Part shown: in pieces, positions 61,475 through 64,000 of the stretch
Layout: the number at the start of each line of letters is the position of its first letter
How positions within the stretch are numbered: the stretch's first letter is position 1
Assembly: GCA_047495785.1 (NCBI GenBank)
Contig: JBLDXI010000015.1
Coordinates: forward strand, 4,960,001-5,024,000
DNA length: 64,000 bases
DNA from: Lepidodermella squamata
Lineage: Eukaryota; Animalia; Gastrotricha
Reading direction: 5' to 3'
Made by a program: the position numbers and the translations under genes
Notes under the pieces: generated by a model
Told to the model about the DNA's origin: nothing
Database searches by the model: none
What the model saw: the letters and a program-made list of their open reading frames with translations, nothing else

Positions 61475-62744
61475 TGTAAATACTGTAAATTTTGCGCGCG
61501 TGATCAATCCTCGCCCCAGCTGACGGTATTGCTGATATCTACCTCATCGTTCACTGCTGATATAATTTGTTTTGTTATCGACGGCAACAAGTTGTCGGAC
61601 AACGAGAGAATCTTTTAGACCTTTTACTCCGAGTTGACCGGTTATTATTGATTGACATCAAGTTTTAGTCGCTGTTTTGTTTTCTCCCGCAAAAAAACGT
61701 TTTGCCGCTACCATGCGATTAAAGTATTCTTGTGGTTTTTGCTCTTTGCTCAAGACAGGCTGCTTAGGCGTTGCAATATTGTTTTAGCTCAATTCTAACA
61801 ACTTCTTTGTACTGAATCTTGACGTGCCGTGATTATTTATCTGTTTTAAAGCATCGCCTATGTAATTTATCAGCTCTACCTCTACGGAACGCGGAAACGC
61901 TGCTAGTTTTCGTTGACTAAGGCTTTAGAGACCCGTTTGCCCTAAACCGATCTGAGGACATTTATTTATTGTATATACACTTATTCTGTTATAATCTTCG
62001 TCCTTTCAAATGTCTTCGTCTGTTTTGCCTTTTTATTTGCGCTGTTTTCGGTTAAGTCTGAAAGTATTTCTCGGTGATTTAAGTTGCAGGTGATGGAAAC
62101 AATGCCTTCGAATCTGCGTCATTTTAATTTCCCCCCTGTTGTTCCCTGACTTATTTTCTTTTTGCGATTGGGTTGAATTGTAAAAATTTGTAATGTTGTC
62201 TTATATTATAACGCTGTTATTATTATTATTACTATTATTATATTGTAATCCTTATTAATCTTGTACCAAGCTGAAAACGCAGAATACGGCTGAGACATGT
62301 CTTATTATATGTTGTTCGTTGTTGTATTATATATTAATTGTTTATTGAAATTATATGATGATCACCTCGATATTCTATGCAAATTTTGGTCGATTATTGC
62401 GATTTTGAGCGCGGCATCGCAAGGCGGATTCGCGTCTTTATTGTTAATTGACGAATGGTCGATGGATTTTGTTGCCACTCATCCCAATCGCAATTATCGG
62501 CTGCTTCATCTGCTTTCGCGCTTGACTCGCGCTCACGTTGTCAGTATGATGGTAGTTGGCGGCGACTCTGTGTGCTTTTTGAAATTCTTTGTGATCTATA
62601 TGACAAATTGCTTATATTCTATGATTATTGATTCTAAATTTACGCTATATTTCTTCCGGTGTAATTCGGATATTTTAGTTTTGAGGCGGACATTTATTTT
62701 TGACTTTTGTGAACTGACAGTATGCAAAGTGATGTGTGTAAATA
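61475..62744 (+). promoter_or_regulatory. U-rich putative CPEB 3' UTR with Pumilio elements and CPE-like motifs
   Basis: TGTAHATA at 61475-61482, 61970-61977 and 62737-62744. TTTTTAT at ~62030 and TTTTAAT at 62122-62128. The extent of the UTR is not known. Confidence 0.5.
62217..62240. repeat. Imperfect (TTA)n microsatellite
   Basis: ttattattattattactattatta. Confidence 0.7.
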
Positions 62745-64000
62745 ATGTCAAGTATAAGTTTCAGGTGGTTTAAATCATAAACCGTTGAAAATCTATAAAA
62801 AAATCGGAAAATTTGGAATTTTATGAGTGTTAAAGTTTTCTGTTGTTATGGTTACTCTAAACCGCTCGTCGAGTATATTTCGATGTTCGTCTGTACTTTT
62901 ATCAACAGCACAAGGTTAAAAATCGTCATCTTCTTCCTTAAACTCGAATGAGTAAGAAAAACCATGTCTCTGTAATTTAAGGCGGCACTGTGTCATCTTT
63001 TATTGTTTTACGAAAAAAAATCTGTGCGATGTCCAACGCATGTTATATTAAAAAAATATTACCTCTTCCTCTCTGTAAATTCTCTCTACGCTGCTGACAC
63101 ATTGCGGAAACACTCTTCACGATTGCAAATTTCTGATTTCCGTCGATGACAAAGAACCTTATGGGGTTTGGATAAAGAAGTCGAACTGAAAGATTATATT
63201 CTATTCTCAGTGATTTAAGTCCTAATCTGATGAAATATATACTATATATAATATAATATACTATATTTAAGACGTCTTATTTACTTGAAAGTGATAGTTA
63301 TTCAAATAAAACGCAACCAATAGGCATTTCGTTTGAACTTTCACAATGAAAAAGTCGCCGGTTATAATTTGATGTCCCATGTTATCAAATGCCAACAACT
63401 TGGAACGAAGTCCCCCTCCCAGGTTGTGTGACCTATATTGTTTGACTGTTCTCGGCCACAGGGTTCGAAGGAACAGGTTGTCACGGAAAATAAGCTGCCG
63501 GAAAATCATGCTTTTTTGCCGTGGCAAGTGTAACCCCATTTCCAGTCTCCTGAGGTGACGCAAAATGCCGACCGAAAATTCGCATTTACACAAACTTGAG
63601 GTACATCTACAGGTTAAAGTCGATGCCAGGATTTCCAGTCAGACGTCATTCGAGCGTTTTACAGTACGAATTAAAAAATATTTTTGGAATGGCGCAATCC
63701 CCCTATCTAAGAGTCAGTGGGATAGGAGAAAAACGTTATATTCTACGTTACCCTAACGTCAGTGGAAAAACGAAGCTGATCGTTCTACGTTCTACGACAT
63801 GCGAGGACACGCTATCGAGCGCTGTCCTAAAATATCCTCAAAACAAACTGCAAAACAGGTGTGCGAAACAATTAATAAGGGCAATTTAAACGGAGTCGAT
63901 GATTTTATTTTTTAATACAGAAATCGCATGATGGTACAAGATAACTTTTAGCAAAAAGCTCTTAACAGTTATGTGTGACAAGGAAACGTGATTTGCATTT

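Noticed and set aside
62297-62773. 158-aa hydrophobic ORF downstream of CPEB
   Set aside because: The hydrophobicity follows from T-rich UTR-like composition, and there is no family motif.
1-64000. tRNA, rRNA or snRNA genes
   Set aside because: None recognised by eye; a covariance-model scan (tRNAscan-SE, Infernal/Rfam) would be needed to exclude them.

Overview
Gene-dense animal (invertebrate metazoan) genomic DNA with GC-rich exons and very short AT-rich GT-AG introns, most often about 50-60 nt. No prokaryotic features were seen. Genes in order: RUSC/iporin-like RUN-domain gene (+); divergent pair of intron-containing histones H2B (-) and H2A with an SQ C-terminal motif (+); NDUFAF4 (-); UFL1 (-); RSPH3 (+); DUF4140/DUF4139 protein (-); a ~23 kb, ~37-exon gene (-) for a ~6,100-aa type I membrane protein; a pleiotrophin/midkine-like secreted protein (-); a REPS-like EH-domain gene (-) with a MITE in its last intron; CPEB1/Orb (+) with a polyQ/QN-rich N-terminus and Pumilio/CPE motifs downstream. 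The main observation is the giant receptor. It has ~46 Sushi/CCP modules, 2 MAM, 2 PAN/Apple and EB/EGF-like modules, plus 13 copies of a ~160-aa domain I cannot assign to a named family. Nearly all its introns are phase 1, and 13 of its central introns carry a shared GCTT(T)YGG(G) motif, which suggests coordinated alternative splicing of a modular ectodomain. All gene models and family assignments were made by eye from splice signals and remembered motifs; no database search was run.
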